Source of the DNA: Giardia intestinalis
Taxonomy: Eukaryota
Length of the DNA: 64,000 bases
NCBI GenBank assembly: GCA_000002435.2
Contig: CM018792.1
Strand: one strand, 5' to 3'
How positions within the stretch are numbered: the first letter of the stretch is position 1; every line of letters starts with the position of its first letter. Of the stretch, positions 47,931 through 58,523 are shown in pieces. The translations under genes and the position numbers were made by a program. The notes beneath the pieces were generated by a model that saw only the letters and a program-made list of their open reading frames with translations, did no database searches and was not told where the DNA came from.

Positions 47931-50900
47931 CTAACACATGTACTTGGTACTTGAGTCGCCAATGATAATAATGGAATAGCCAACTAGATATCTGAGGCTG
48001 CTTTCTGCAATGGCATCTGCAAGACACGAATAAAGCCCCTTTTCTCCCTTAGTCCACTGCTTCATAAAATGTGCAGTGATATTGTCCAGCTCGCCAGAAA
48101 TACCGTCCCAAAGGGTGCCGAGCATCAGTGGAGAAGAAGAATAGTATTGATATGTTCCGACTTCATATCGATGTCCAATAGGGATGTGGCTCAGAGAAGA
48201 GCATCCCATGAAGAGGCAAAATGGCAGCTGCTGAAGCTCTGCGATTGAGTTTAACGGAAGAACTGCTTCCCCGCATCCATGACCAGCAAAGAAGAACACG
48301 CCGTCCGCTGTCTCTTTTAAGAGGGCTAGAGGTTGTCTAGAATCTGCTGACCCGCCCTCTACTTTCCCCAACAGGCCATCCCAATTACCAGGCAATTCTA
48401 ACATTAAGCCTTTCATACGCTCCCGGGTGCGCCTTAGATCTCCTAGTGGATCGATCAAAAAGCGTCGCTGCGGACCGATCCTCGTTTCTGCACCGGCATG
48501 GATTCGTGACACCATCGTCTCGGGGGCAAAGAGAGGACTATGATCGAAAGGAAACCTATAAAATGCGCTGTCTGTATTAAGAACAACTTTAGATACTGCC
48601 ATTTTCACAGATGCTTGGCTTAATTTCCGTAAAATATAAGCAATCTTCACGCAACTAAGAAAATATCTAGAAGCATCACCAGCAAAAAGGACCGTGCTTA
48701 GCTCCTGCGCTGCTTCTGGGGACATGAGAAGAGTAGAAAATTGTCGACACCCAGAGGCAATCACACTGTCGAGTGTCTGCCTGGCACCCAATACAGCTGG
48801 TGTTTGTGCTATGCTATCATAGACTTGTGAAAAAGGTAGAGAGAACAACACCAAGTGCAAGGAGTGGAGTGCAGCAATTGCATTAGTAGAGTCCTTTAAC
48901 TGCATTGTAAGATAAGAGCACGCCAAATTAGCTGATGGAAGAGCAAAAGTAGATAGGTCGCTAAGAATGCCTACAATAAGGGTCAGGCTAACAATAATTA
49001 GCTCCAGATCTGAGTTTCCTCCACGGGAAATGCCCATTAGCCCCAGGATAGTTAGTGAAAACGCTGATTCTTTGCCTACACTGGCAGTTACGGAAGACAG
49101 GCTCTTCAAAGGCTCAATGGCCAGAGACATCACCTCCATAAGTAGTCGGTAAATCTCCAAGATGTCCGATTGAATACACTCATATTCACAAACCGATTCT
49201 CCTCTAAGAGTGTCCCTAAGGAGGTGAGTACATATGTCTAAGTTATATTTGGGGTCTAGAAGTCCTTTCCATGCACCAATGAAAGCAGGGAGTAACTGAG
49301 TAGCGCACTTTTGCATCTCTGCATTGGCGATTATAAGTGTTTTGGCCCATTGGGCTTTGTCCGATTCAGTAGGCTTTGAAGTCTCCAAAGTAGACAATGC
49401 AGCTGCGTGGCTGAAGAACAGTGCTCGCAGTATGTTGCCATGTAGATGCGCAAGGGTTCCTAGCCAGGAAAAGCTACCTTGGCTTGTGGAGCTAACAGCT
49501 GCTGCTAATAAGGTTGTATAGCTGGAGAGGGCGTCCACACCACAAAGCCTGGAAAGAATCGTCATTGCTGTGCGAATATCTAGAGATCCATAGAGCTTAA
49601 CCGAAAAGCCTTTCAAGTTGATAGCTGCTGATAGAGAACATCCCTGCTCCGAGGCTTGGCTCAACGCAGCGTTATGAGAAAGCGATGACAAACATTGACC
49701 ACTCGGTTCCTCAAGAGCATGAGACTGAGCAGTCATAGAGCGACTAAAGACATCGCAAAGAGAAACAATACGGACATAATGGCAATCTGCAGATGTAACC
49801 TTATAACTAGCAATGTCTGATGCACACCGAGGACAGAGTGTGTAATTATACGATGCGCGAGCAAGCGACTTGTGTAACGATAATCCGGGTGTGACAGAAT
49901 GAAACGGACACTGCACGTCATAAGATGGTGATACTATTAAAGTTGCAGCTCTCTCTGAATTAGAAACAGCCCAATCAATTAGCTGATAAACCCCAGCAGT
50001 CAGGCCTGGCTGCACCAAGAGATTTCGCGACAGCTCCTCGTGCTCTGTCTTGTAAATAGACGCCTTGATCAAGGCTATTCTATTCAGAAGAACAGGGGTT
50101 ATATCTTGTAAAATCGGCTGGCAAGCCAGTTCCAACGACTTGAGCAAGCCTACAACGAACTCTGTTGAGCTCCCACTGGGAGATGAGAAGAGGCTATACT
50201 GTAGTTCGGTCGTCACAGATATATCTGTAAAGTTACCTACAAGCAGCTCCAGGAAGGGGCGCAGAATGCCCGTTAGAGCCAACCGGTCCTCGTGATTGAG
50301 TGGAAAGGTAAAGTATCCATACAGCTTTCCAGAATCGCAGCAGAGCACCTCACAAATAAGGAGTATTGCATAAGTAAATGTGAAGATGTCTGGCCGTTGT
50401 AGCAAAGCAGAGATCTGGGAGCTAAAGGCTCTCAAACCGGACTTGACGTTCATAAGCTGCTTAAGAGTGCGTGACCCAAAGAGCAGAGCGCTCCAGTTTT
50501 GCGGCGTATATATAACTGCCTCAGTCGCAGAAATGAGAGCAGACTCTGCGCGTAGGTACGCCAGCGACGAATAAATGTCCGAAGTGCACAACACAGTGTC
50601 GCCAACGGATAAATCCTCCAATGCAAGATCATCGTGATGCATGGAAGGGGGCACCTGCTTAACAACTTTCGTGCCGTGTTGTCCAAAATCTGTCTCGAGC
50701 ATGCGACAACGTGTTAGTTCATCAGAGACCATCGAGAAGAAGTCAAGGCATGTCAACTGGAGAGTGTCGTGGTACTTTCGTGAGTAGAAATAGACCATGA
50801 TAAATTGGTCTAGAATGATGTATCCGTACATAAGCAATAGGTAGAGCTGGGAAGTAAGCCTTGCCTTTGATATGTAGGACATGAGCGGAGACCTTTCGAT

Positions 50901-52859
50901 GATAGCTTTCACAGAGAGAACCGGAAGGTCGTTGAGATGCAACGCCTGTGCTTGCCCCATTGATAAAGAAACGGCTTTTAAGAGGAACTGTACTGCAAAG
51001 CAGCGATGAAAGAAGAGCGCATGCATGCCATAGATAATGTTTTTCAGGTGATTTGTATTAACATACCCCTGCGTAACAAGCCTCTTTGAAAAGGCGTCGT
51101 AAACACCTCGAACAAATTTAGTCAAATTAGTAAACGAATGCTCTCTGCTAAATATTTCACACAATCTCGTAATGTCTAACTCAGACAGCTCAATAAAGAG
51201 AGGTATAGTCTTGCAGTATGGACCCAATATCCCCAATGCAAAGGGATACGTATGAAGGCTCCCATATACAAAGGAAAGTACCGAGCTATAGAATGACGCA
51301 CTGGACAAAGCGGTTAAGACGGTGGTACGTAGCGTTTCTGTAGCATGCTGGTCACTAGACAACAGTGGCATAAGTATTTGTAAGAACACATCCAATTCTA
51401 CGGAAAAACGAGAAGCAATCCGCGTGCACGAGCCACTCATTGACGGAGTTTTTAGGTTGGCTTTCTGGGGGTCTCCCTCAAAAAGCTGTATGATTTGGGG
51501 ACAGAGACAGTAATTGGCAGCCTCTGCGGTGACAAGAAGTAGAGTTTCTGCCATGTAGAATGTAATCATGACTCCCTCTACAAGAAGTGGCAACTTGGCT
51601 GCGTTCTGCGCCAGAGCTGATAGCTTGTCCGAAAGTAAGTTGTACAGCACATTTAACTGTTTCACCGAAGAAACCCTGTCTCCAAACACAAATGTGTACT
51701 CTAGGATGTGGAGATATGGCTGCAAAAACATAATTATGGGATTGTTTTCGCGTAGCATTGTACAAATCAGTGACAGACTGATCAGATCACCATCAAAAAG
51801 CTGCCGAACACTTTGTGTGTACGCCTTTGTGGTTTTCTTGAGAAGACCAGTGGTAGCAATCCGGGTTTGATCAAAGTTAGGTATCAAATTTGTTTCATCT
51901 AAATAAATTCCCTTTGTGTATAAAAAGTACGTTAAATAATATTGAAAAGATTGCCACGGATTGGATTTTTTTGATTTAAGAAAGTCAATCTTGTAGTGTA
52001 CTCTGGTACAGCACTGTTTGAATAGAGGCAGTAGCTCGTGCATAAACCTGTCACCTTCTGAATCAGCAGTGGTTGTTGTTGACGAGGATGACTCGCTCAG
52101 CTCAATGGAGTACTTGTGTTTGATAGACAGGAAAAAGGGAGTGGGAACGAGGAACGAGAGATAGGTTCCGTTGATATCTAAGAGCGTCTGAGTGTTTGGA
52201 TCAAATGTAAACATAAATGAAACTACAAGGTGGTAAGCAAAAACCTTCAGTAGCTCTTTGCAGTCGGGTATATAGGGTGTCCCCATAGCAACGGTTACTA
52301 ACACTGGCTGAAGCTCCTTAGCGGAAAAGGAACCCAGTAATTCAGTGCACACTGCCGTGATTCGACTATAACACGTCTCTAGGGGAGATGCTGACGGTCT
52401 TCTAGATCCTGCCTCAACGTCCTCTGCAGCAGAGCTTGGTTGGGCATGTAAACTTGAGTACTGGATTATGTACGAAATGATAGTTTGCAGTGGGCGTGTG
52501 GACAGCTTCTTCAAAAGAAGGAATGTCTGGGCAAGTATCTCCAAAAGGCCTATCAGTACCTCTAATTCATAAAATTTGGCAATGGGCTGCTTCAAGCTGG
52601 TAATGTGACGCATCATGGTCAGCGAGATGTTTTTGACCGTATGCACCGTGCTCCCAGCAAGATTCCCTTGCGCAGCATTTGCCAAAAGAGCTCCCAATAA
52701 AGACGTCAGCGTGGATGACAGAGAATAAAGCTCATCTGAAGACATAGGCAGTGAGGCTACATTTATGTGCGTCAGTATCCGCATCAGCACGCCATCTAAT
52801 TCTTTTGAATCATCACTTATGCAGCAGGCCAAGGCGTTAATAAGCTCTGTCAATGACAT
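47931..52859 (-). CDS. Separase (ESP1-like caspase-fold cysteine protease)
   Basis: 1642 aa with ATG verified. C-terminal catalytic region contains the separase His/Cys dyad contexts FFFAGHGCGE and CLFMGCSS. Long helical N-terminal region as in separases. Confidence 0.6.
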   Translation of the reverse strand: MSLTELINALACCISDDSKELDGVLMRILTHINVASLPMSSDELYSLSSTLTSLLGALLANAAQGNLAGSTVHTVKNISLTMMRHITSLKQPIAKFYELEVLIGLLEILAQTFLLLKKLSTRPLQTIISYIIQYSSLHAQPSSAAEDVEAGSRRPSASPLETCYSRITAVCTELLGSFSAKELQPVLVTVAMGTPYIPDCKELLKVFAYHLVVSFMFTFDPNTQTLLDINGTYLSFLVPTPFFLSIKHKYSIELSESSSSTTTTADSEGDRFMHELLPLFKQCCTRVHYKIDFLKSKKSNPWQSFQYYLTYFLYTKGIYLDETNLIPNFDQTRIATTGLLKKTTKAYTQSVRQLFDGDLISLSLICTMLRENNPIIMFLQPYLHILEYTFVFGDRVSSVKQLNVLYNLLSDKLSALAQNAAKLPLLVEGVMITFYMAETLLLVTAEAANYCLCPQIIQLFEGDPQKANLKTPSMSGSCTRIASRFSVELDVFLQILMPLLSSDQHATETLRTTVLTALSSASFYSSVLSFVYGSLHTYPFALGILGPYCKTIPLFIELSELDITRLCEIFSREHSFTNLTKFVRGVYDAFSKRLVTQGYVNTNHLKNIIYGMHALFFHRCFAVQFLLKAVSLSMGQAQALHLNDLPVLSVKAIIERSPLMSYISKARLTSQLYLLLMYGYIILDQFIMVYFYSRKYHDTLQLTCLDFFSMVSDELTRCRMLETDFGQHGTKVVKQVPPSMHHDDLALEDLSVGDTVLCTSDIYSSLAYLRAESALISATEAVIYTPQNWSALLFGSRTLKQLMNVKSGLRAFSSQISALLQRPDIFTFTYAILLICEVLCCDSGKLYGYFTFPLNHEDRLALTGILRPFLELLVGNFTDISVTTELQYSLFSSPSGSSTEFVVGLLKSLELACQPILQDITPVLLNRIALIKASIYKTEHEELSRNLLVQPGLTAGVYQLIDWAVSNSERAATLIVSPSYDVQCPFHSVTPGLSLHKSLARASYNYTLCPRCASDIASYKVTSADCHYVRIVSLCDVFSRSMTAQSHALEEPSGQCLSSLSHNAALSQASEQGCSLSAAINLKGFSVKLYGSLDIRTAMTILSRLCGVDALSSYTTLLAAAVSSTSQGSFSWLGTLAHLHGNILRALFFSHAAALSTLETSKPTESDKAQWAKTLIIANAEMQKCATQLLPAFIGAWKGLLDPKYNLDICTHLLRDTLRGESVCEYECIQSDILEIYRLLMEVMSLAIEPLKSLSSVTASVGKESAFSLTILGLMGISRGGNSDLELIIVSLTLIVGILSDLSTFALPSANLACSYLTMQLKDSTNAIAALHSLHLVLFSLPFSQVYDSIAQTPAVLGARQTLDSVIASGCRQFSTLLMSPEAAQELSTVLFAGDASRYFLSCVKIAYILRKLSQASVKMAVSKVVLNTDSAFYRFPFDHSPLFAPETMVSRIHAGAETRIGPQRRFLIDPLGDLRRTRERMKGLMLELPGNWDGLLGKVEGGSADSRQPLALLKETADGVFFFAGHGCGEAVLPLNSIAELQQLPFCLFMGCSSLSHIPIGHRYEVGTYQYYSSSPLMLGTLWDGISGELDNITAHFMKQWTKGEKGLYSCLADAIAESSLRYLVGYSIIIIGDSSTKYMC

Positions 52860-52890
52860 TTGATTTAAGTGATGAAATGCTTGGCAATGC

Positions 52891-54096
52891 CTAGTCTTTT
52901 ACTTTTGTCTTCAGCTCCTGCTCACCACAGAGCCGAGGGTCACAGTAGTCCGAAGCTTCTGCAAAGAAGTATTGATGCTCGGCCAGATAGTCCAATAGGA
53001 GGAGAAAGCGACTCAGAAGGTAGTTGATGTCAGTGTTCATTTCCTTCAATCTGTCTGGAAACTGTATTAGAACACGAAGCAGGTGATCTGCACCAAAGAT
53101 AGTCAGCACAGATGCGTCATTTGACGACTGGAATTGTTTCAAAGACTGTGTGTCCATGCAAAAGTAGAGGAGGGGCTCCTCGTTTTCATAAAATAGAGAC
53201 CCATTTGCGTACATCGCTGCGAACTGCTTCAAGACTATTGACTCAAAAAGGCTCCGGAAGAAAAGCTTGGATGGCTCTATGGCAGAGTTGTCTAGAGGAT
53301 CGGTCCGAAATAGGTCCAATATGGAAAGTATGCTGTGGCGTGCTGGAAGCTTGAGAACCCTCTTCTTCTGACACATGTACTCGCTGAAGATCAAGCGCCG
53401 AAGAAGATCTGTTGGCATGAGCTCGGCCCCGTTGCATTCGGGATTGATATGGCAATACTCCAATCTGTTAAGCTTTGCTGTGCGCTGTATCAACACGTGA
53501 GATACTTCTAGTGGAAGAATTACGCTCGTCTTGTTATTGCAATCCAAATCTGAGGCTGTCCCGTTCCCCATAACCTGGTTACTCTTGGCGACAGAGTCTC
53601 CTGGATGCACCATGGTTGTCCAAGTCTCGCGCCGAATGCTCTCATAGGAAAAAGACGATTGACCCATGGCAGTGCGACTGTACGGTAGGGTGGTTGGCTT
53701 GATGAAGAATACATTGACGGCCTGATCGGGGCTCAGCGCAGAGTAGTCTATCTCTCCTTGAAGAGGCATGGTGTTGCGCTCTTCCTGGCTTAGCTTTCTG
53801 AATACCGATGCAGGGATAGTCTCTCCTTTAAAGTAGACAAGCGTCTTTCCATTGGTCTGGTATTCAACCGATTTTAGTACGCGTGCCACAAACTTCCTGG
53901 ACATCTTGCTGTACATCACTGGGTGTGCCAAAAGAAATTCTATCCTGAACTCATTGAGCTCTCCAGAGTGAACGTCGAAGAGCCGATCGTAGCCAAACCA
54001 GCGAACTGAAATAGATTGCTTACTATCTATTTCTTCTATTACAATATGGTAGTAAATCTTCCCCCGCTGGAGAATTGCATGATCACCAACGTTCAT
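52891..54096 (-). CDS. MRG/Eaf3-like chromatin protein (chromo-barrel plus MRG domain)
   Basis: 401 aa with ATG verified. N-terminal ...SVRWFGYDRLFDVHSGEL is chromo-barrel-like (HYQGWKSSWDEWV in Eaf3). C-terminal GADHLLRVLIQFPDRL...LLLLDYLAEHQYFF matches the MRG domain core (YGAxHLLRLfvkLPe..). Confidence 0.55.
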   Translation of the reverse strand: MNVGDHAILQRGKIYYHIVIEEIDSKQSISVRWFGYDRLFDVHSGELNEFRIEFLLAHPVMYSKMSRKFVARVLKSVEYQTNGKTLVYFKGETIPASVFRKLSQEERNTMPLQGEIDYSALSPDQAVNVFFIKPTTLPYSRTAMGQSSFSYESIRRETWTTMVHPGDSVAKSNQVMGNGTASDLDCNNKTSVILPLEVSHVLIQRTAKLNRLEYCHINPECNGAELMPTDLLRRLIFSEYMCQKKRVLKLPARHSILSILDLFRTDPLDNSAIEPSKLFFRSLFESIVLKQFAAMYANGSLFYENEEPLLYFCMDTQSLKQFQSSNDASVLTIFGADHLLRVLIQFPDRLKEMNTDINYLLSRFLLLLDYLAEHQYFFAEASDYCDPRLCGEQELKTKVKD

Positions 54097-54153
54097 TAGA
54101 ATTTTTTAAGGAGACTGGTTGCTGTGCGAAGATGGCACGGTTTACTGCTGGGT

Positions 54154-54488
54154 CTAGGGCTTGAACTCGGCGTCCATGGACGTCACGGCGATGATGAAGT
54201 ACTTGCCTTCGGGGATACAAATAATTTCACGCTTGTCAGACCTGATACGGACGTAATTAAGCTCGTTTGTGGGGTCTATGTCGCGTATAGCAGATCGAGA
54301 CAATACAGTATAGGATGAGACAAGTTTCACGTATCTGGCAGTCATTTCGTCATCGAATGTGCTCCGGATAACTGTGCCGTCGTCCATGAGGACCAGAAGA
54401 CCCTGCACACCCGGATGGGTGCTAATTCTCTTTATTGTAGCCTCTACGTCATTCTGTGTGTTAGGTTATGCGGGAGATAACATACCAT
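54154..54488 (-). CDS. Dynein light chain roadblock-type (LC7/DYNLRB); two exons: ATG (54486-54488) and 54154-54453
   Basis: Spliced product MNDVEATIKRISTHPGVQGLLVLMDDGTVIRSTFDDEMTARYVKLVSSYTVLSRSAIRDIDPTNELNYVRIRSDKREIICIPEGKYFIIAVTSMDAEFKP aligns end-to-end with human DYNLRB1 ([36 protein letters not shown]...[35 protein letters not shown]). The unspliced ORF lacks an in-frame ATG covering the N-terminus. Confidence 0.8.
54454..54485 (-). other. 32-nt spliceosomal intron: GTATGTTATCTCCCGCATAACCTAACACACAG
   Basis: 5' GTATGT follows directly after the ATG. 3' end ACCTAACACACAG matches the Giardia fused branch-point/acceptor consensus [AC]CT[AG]AC[AC]CACAG. Splicing restores the roadblock reading frame precisely. 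Confidence 0.8.
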
Positions 54489-54590
54489 AGCGTTTTAGAC
54501 TTTCGCAAAACCATGATTTATGTCAAATGGCTGTGGAATAGTGGGACGATACTAAAGACATAAATTCTTGGAAAATCGATTGAGCAGGCC

Positions 54591-55910
54591 ATGTCTGCCG
54601 CCACCCTTGTCAATACGCTTCAATACAACGTTCCCTTGCAATTTTCAAGTAATGGGAAGGTTGTCACAGGAGTCGTCAGGCGGTATTCTGGCGAAGACCT
54701 GCAGAAGAATGCTGACCTTCATGCAGCTTTTGTCTCCCTCTACACACACATTCTCCCCGATGTCGATCGAGACGAATGCAAGCGTGATCTGCTGGGACCC
54801 AACACTATCCATATTGGGGTGTTTCGTTCGGACCAGGAAGTCCGAGGTGACTGGCAGACCAAGCCGATTAGAATCCTTAAGCACTATAAAAGGTATCACG
54901 CAGACCCTCTCGGGGAAGATATTGAGATATTGCCCGGAACAGACTCCGCTGTAGAAGAGGCTGCGGACACCTACAAGCCCCGATCAGTGGACTCATCATT
55001 CTCTGGGCCAACTGATGATGACGAACCCACAGGGGAAAGACTCATTAGTCGTATCATGGAATATGTCAAGGCCCCGAAACAGCGAAAGGAAGTGGGGAGG
55101 TTTATAAAGGCCAAGCTTCCTCGCCTTCATGCCCAACTTAAGACAGGAGAGTTGCGTGAATCAGATTTAGATGCAACCAAGCGAAAGATACGCCATAAAG
55201 ATAGGATTCTTGGGGGTGCAAGCATCTTAATCCGAGATAACCCTGAGGGGATTACTGAACCATGCCGTCTATGCCAATTGATTTACATTGGCGTTCGAAC
55301 TCGATTTCAGCTTCTCAAATTAGGTAGGAAGCTCTGCGCTACCACTATTTATACAGAAGCCGTGGAGGAATTCCATTCAGATGTGTATTTTACCTATGCT
55401 GGGAGCAACGCAATTCGCTTCTTCAAACGATGTGGACTAGACGACGATCCCATGATTGCAGGCAGGTATGCACACTTGGACAATGAATGGACAGATGTGT
55501 TGCCGATGGCCAGGCTTCTCAAGATCCCGGCCCACATGGAGCAGATCCTATCGTCTAAAGATAACAAGGGCACAAGCAGAGCCGCGCTTTATACTATGTG
55601 GCGTGATGCTGCTTTTCGTAGATACGCAGAGGAGTCCCACTTCGTTAGTCACTGTGTTGCTGAGATGGACCGGATGCAACAGAGACTCGCAAGTTTGGAG
55701 AAGGCAGAGAAGTTGTACAATGCCGTACTTACACAGGAGCGCAGCCGATGCATAATGTATGAGCAGATAATAGCAAAGTTGGAGTCTCAGCTCCTTGACG
55801 CAGGGATCAAGCCAAATATAGACAGGGACGAAGTGCTCAAAAAGGTAATAGAACAGATTGCAGCGGCAAATACTTTAGATGAGCACGATGCTGAACATAA
55901 AAAAGCATAG
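54591..55910 (+). CDS. Hypothetical protein
   Basis: 439-aa ORF with ATG at 54591 preceded by taaattcttggaaaatcgattgagcaggcc. No family recognised. C-terminal coiled-coil. Confidence 0.45.
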   Translation: MSAATLVNTLQYNVPLQFSSNGKVVTGVVRRYSGEDLQKNADLHAAFVSLYTHILPDVDRDECKRDLLGPNTIHIGVFRSDQEVRGDWQTKPIRILKHYKRYHADPLGEDIEILPGTDSAVEEAADTYKPRSVDSSFSGPTDDDEPTGERLISRIMEYVKAPKQRKEVGRFIKAKLPRLHAQLKTGELRESDLDATKRKIRHKDRILGGASILIRDNPEGITEPCRLCQLIYIGVRTRFQLLKLGRKLCATTIYTEAVEEFHSDVYFTYAGSNAIRFFKRCGLDDDPMIAGRYAHLDNEWTDVLPMARLLKIPAHMEQILSSKDNKGTSRAALYTMWRDAAFRRYAEESHFVSHCVAEMDRMQQRLASLEKAEKLYNAVLTQERSRCIMYEQIIAKLESQLLDAGIKPNIDRDEVLKKVIEQIAAANTLDEHDAEHKKA

Positions 55911-56008
55911 ATGTAGATCACAGTAGATATGTACCGCACAGCTTCGTTTCTCACTAATTCCTACAACTTGATATTAATTAAGTCCTGTTGCTGCATACTC
56001 ACCGCACT

Positions 56009-56215
56009 ATGATAGCACCACCTACGTATTCATACACCGAATGGTACATAGAGCGCTTTAGAACTCTCCTGGCTGCTCGCTTTCTCAAACCCAAGGATAT
56101 CGTCTACCTTTCTGTTCTGGGAACATTAGGGTACCTGTTTGCTTCACAACTAATTAAGGAATTGCGGAGCTTGTTGGTCTTCAGCTTAGGGTCGCGACTC
56201 CTGACCAAAGAGTAA
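56009..56215 (+). CDS. Small putative single-TM protein (uncertain)
   Basis: Track start is TTG. ATG at 56009 gives a 68-aa product with one hydrophobic helix (IVYLSVLGTLGYLFASQLI). Sits in an otherwise empty 334-bp spacer. Confidence 0.2.
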   Translation: MIAPPTYSYTEWYIERFRTLLAARFLKPKDIVYLSVLGTLGYLFASQLIKELRSLLVFSLGSRLLTKE

Positions 56216-56244
56216 ATTTAATTCTTGCTTCTCACTTTGGCCCT

Positions 56245-58515
56245 ATGGGGAGGTCGACCATTCAGGTGCATGCCCGCGTACGACCTCCTGGGGCCAACCC
56301 TGCTATGAAGGTAACAGGGAACGTTAAAGAAAACTACTCTATCGACCACGTTGATAACCGTCTCGGGTTGGTTGTCAATAATTCAGGCGTGGGGCGGAAG
56401 GATCATACATTTACGTTTGATCACATATATGACCCTCAGAGTACGCAGGAGGAGGTTTACAATAGGCTAGCGCAACCCGTGATCACAGATTTCATCAATG
56501 GCTTCAATTGTACCATTTTTGCATATGGACAGACCGGTTCTGGTAAGTCCTACACTATGACGGGCGGGTCTGGTTCATACAACGACCGCGGATTGATGCC
56601 CCGCGCCCTCGAGCAAGTCTTTGGCTTTGTGGCTAACTCCACTGAGACACGCGAGTACGAAGTTTGGCTTAGTTATATACAGATCTTCAATGAAATAGGC
56701 TATGATTTGTTAGGCATTCCAGGTGAGAACAACCCACGTCTCGAAGACCTTCCTAGAGTTACCCTTCAAGAGGACTCTGAGGGGGCTCTGCACGTGAGAG
56801 GGCTGTCTGCGCATAAAGCCACCAATGTGGAGGGCGCGCTGAACGTTCTTTGGAATGGTGACCTCAATAGGGTTGTCTGTGCCACTTCTCAAAACCAGGC
56901 ATCTTCTCGATCTCATTGCATATTCACAATACATATTAGATCTAGAGAACCGGGATCAGATGTTGTTCGTCAGAGTAAGTTTAACTTCGTCGATCTGGCC
57001 GGTAGTGAGCGTGTAGCAAAGACCCACGCCGATGGCGCTATCTTGCAGCAGGCCCGATATATTAACCAAAGTCTTTTCTATCTGGAGCAGGTCATTCATG
57101 CCCTTGGCAAAAAGAAGACCGATCCAGATTGCCACGTGCCATATCGTAACTCCATGATGACCATGTTCCTTAGAGACTCCATTGGTGGGAATTGTCGCAC
57201 AATCATGCTTGCTACTATTGCTGTCGAGACGCAAAATATGAATGAGTCCGTCTCAACCGCACAATTTGCTATGAGTGTTGGACAAATAGAAAACAAAGCT
57301 AGCATAAATGAAGACATTGATCCCAAATTACTGATTAAGCGTCTAAAAGCAGAAAACAAGGCGCTCAAGGAAGAGCTAAAGTTACTAAAGGAGGGTAGCT
57401 CTGCAAATGCAGCCAGGATTCTCAGTGACGATGACATGGAGTATGTTCGGTCTCTTCTGGACATATTTATCGCTGACCACAGCATTCTGACTCTGGATGT
57501 TGGCTCATGGGTTCGTCTGCAGTATGCTCTGCGCTTGATGAGAGATCGCCTTGCAGAGGGCGTTGGTCCAACTCCGGCAAAAGCTGATGAGACAGAGATA
57601 AATAAGCTGCGTCTTCTATTGCAGCAGCGAGACGCAGAGGTAGAAGTCCTCACGAATATGATTGGAGGGGATCAGCCCCGGCCTCAGGTTACGGCTTCTA
57701 ATGGACCGATGTACACGTATGACAACCTTGAGAATGACTACAGCATTAACGTCCCTTCGCATCAAACAGAGCTTCAGTACGGCCCCACTGAATCAGGGTC
57801 ACCTCACAGTTCTGCCTCTACTTTGCCAGACATGCCTGTAGCCGGTTTCCCGGTAAACAAGCAGTTGGGTGGTAACAGTGCCGAGCGGACCGCTCTAGCA
57901 CGAACCCGAGGCTCCTCACAAGATCAGCAACAACAAGTGCTCCGTACAGATCTCCTGAGCGATCCTCTTAAGTACGCCTCCATAGATGTTTCCCTTCTGT
58001 CAGCTAAAGACTTGCAAGATGAAAAAGGTATCTTCAAGGCATTCTTGGAGTCGTATTACAACAAAGATACACTGAATCAGAATAAGGCAACCTTGTCTAA
58101 GATGTACAAAGAAGTTAAAGCGCTTGCAGAGGTAGTCACGAAATCTAAAGAGTTGGCTGACTCGCTCAAGCAGCAGATCTTCGTCATTGTTGAGCGATCC
58201 GGTACCGAAACTGAGGAGACGGATTTACTTAAAAAGAACCTTGCGCAAACGGCAGTAGAATATAAGACTGCCATTGAGCAGTTAAAGGTCTTGAAAGTCC
58301 AGGTGAATAGCTTAGAATCGAGTCTAGAGCAGAGCAAAAAGGACATCAAAATGCATTTTGTTTCTTGGTATAAGCAAGCTGCAACTGCTGTAGCCAGCAG
58401 AGAAAACCGTATGAAAGCATCTATTCAGGAGACCACAGCATCCAATACCCAGGATATAGACCAGGACATTGCAGAATTCTATCAGCTTTCTTCTCAGATC
58501 AAGGGCCTGAACTAA
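56245..58515 (+). CDS. Kinesin-like motor protein (N-terminal motor domain, C-terminal coiled-coil)
   Basis: 756 aa with ATG at 56245. P-loop GQTGSGKSYTM, switch I SSRSH, switch II DLAGSE, neck-linker region, then long coiled-coil. Confidence 0.85.
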   Translation: MGRSTIQVHARVRPPGANPAMKVTGNVKENYSIDHVDNRLGLVVNNSGVGRKDHTFTFDHIYDPQSTQEEVYNRLAQPVITDFINGFNCTIFAYGQTGSGKSYTMTGGSGSYNDRGLMPRALEQVFGFVANSTETREYEVWLSYIQIFNEIGYDLLGIPGENNPRLEDLPRVTLQEDSEGALHVRGLSAHKATNVEGALNVLWNGDLNRVVCATSQNQASSRSHCIFTIHIRSREPGSDVVRQSKFNFVDLAGSERVAKTHADGAILQQARYINQSLFYLEQVIHALGKKKTDPDCHVPYRNSMMTMFLRDSIGGNCRTIMLATIAVETQNMNESVSTAQFAMSVGQIENKASINEDIDPKLLIKRLKAENKALKEELKLLKEGSSANAARILSDDDMEYVRSLLDIFIADHSILTLDVGSWVRLQYALRLMRDRLAEGVGPTPAKADETEINKLRLLLQQRDAEVEVLTNMIGGDQPRPQVTASNGPMYTYDNLENDYSINVPSHQTELQYGPTESGSPHSSASTLPDMPVAGFPVNKQLGGNSAERTALARTRGSSQDQQQQVLRTDLLSDPLKYASIDVSLLSAKDLQDEKGIFKAFLESYYNKDTLNQNKATLSKMYKEVKALAEVVTKSKELADSLKQQIFVIVERSGTETEETDLLKKNLAQTAVEYKTAIEQLKVLKVQVNSLESSLEQSKKDIKMHFVSWYKQAATAVASRENRMKASIQETTASNTQDIDQDIAEFYQLSSQIKGLN

Positions 58516-58523
58516 GAACTGCA

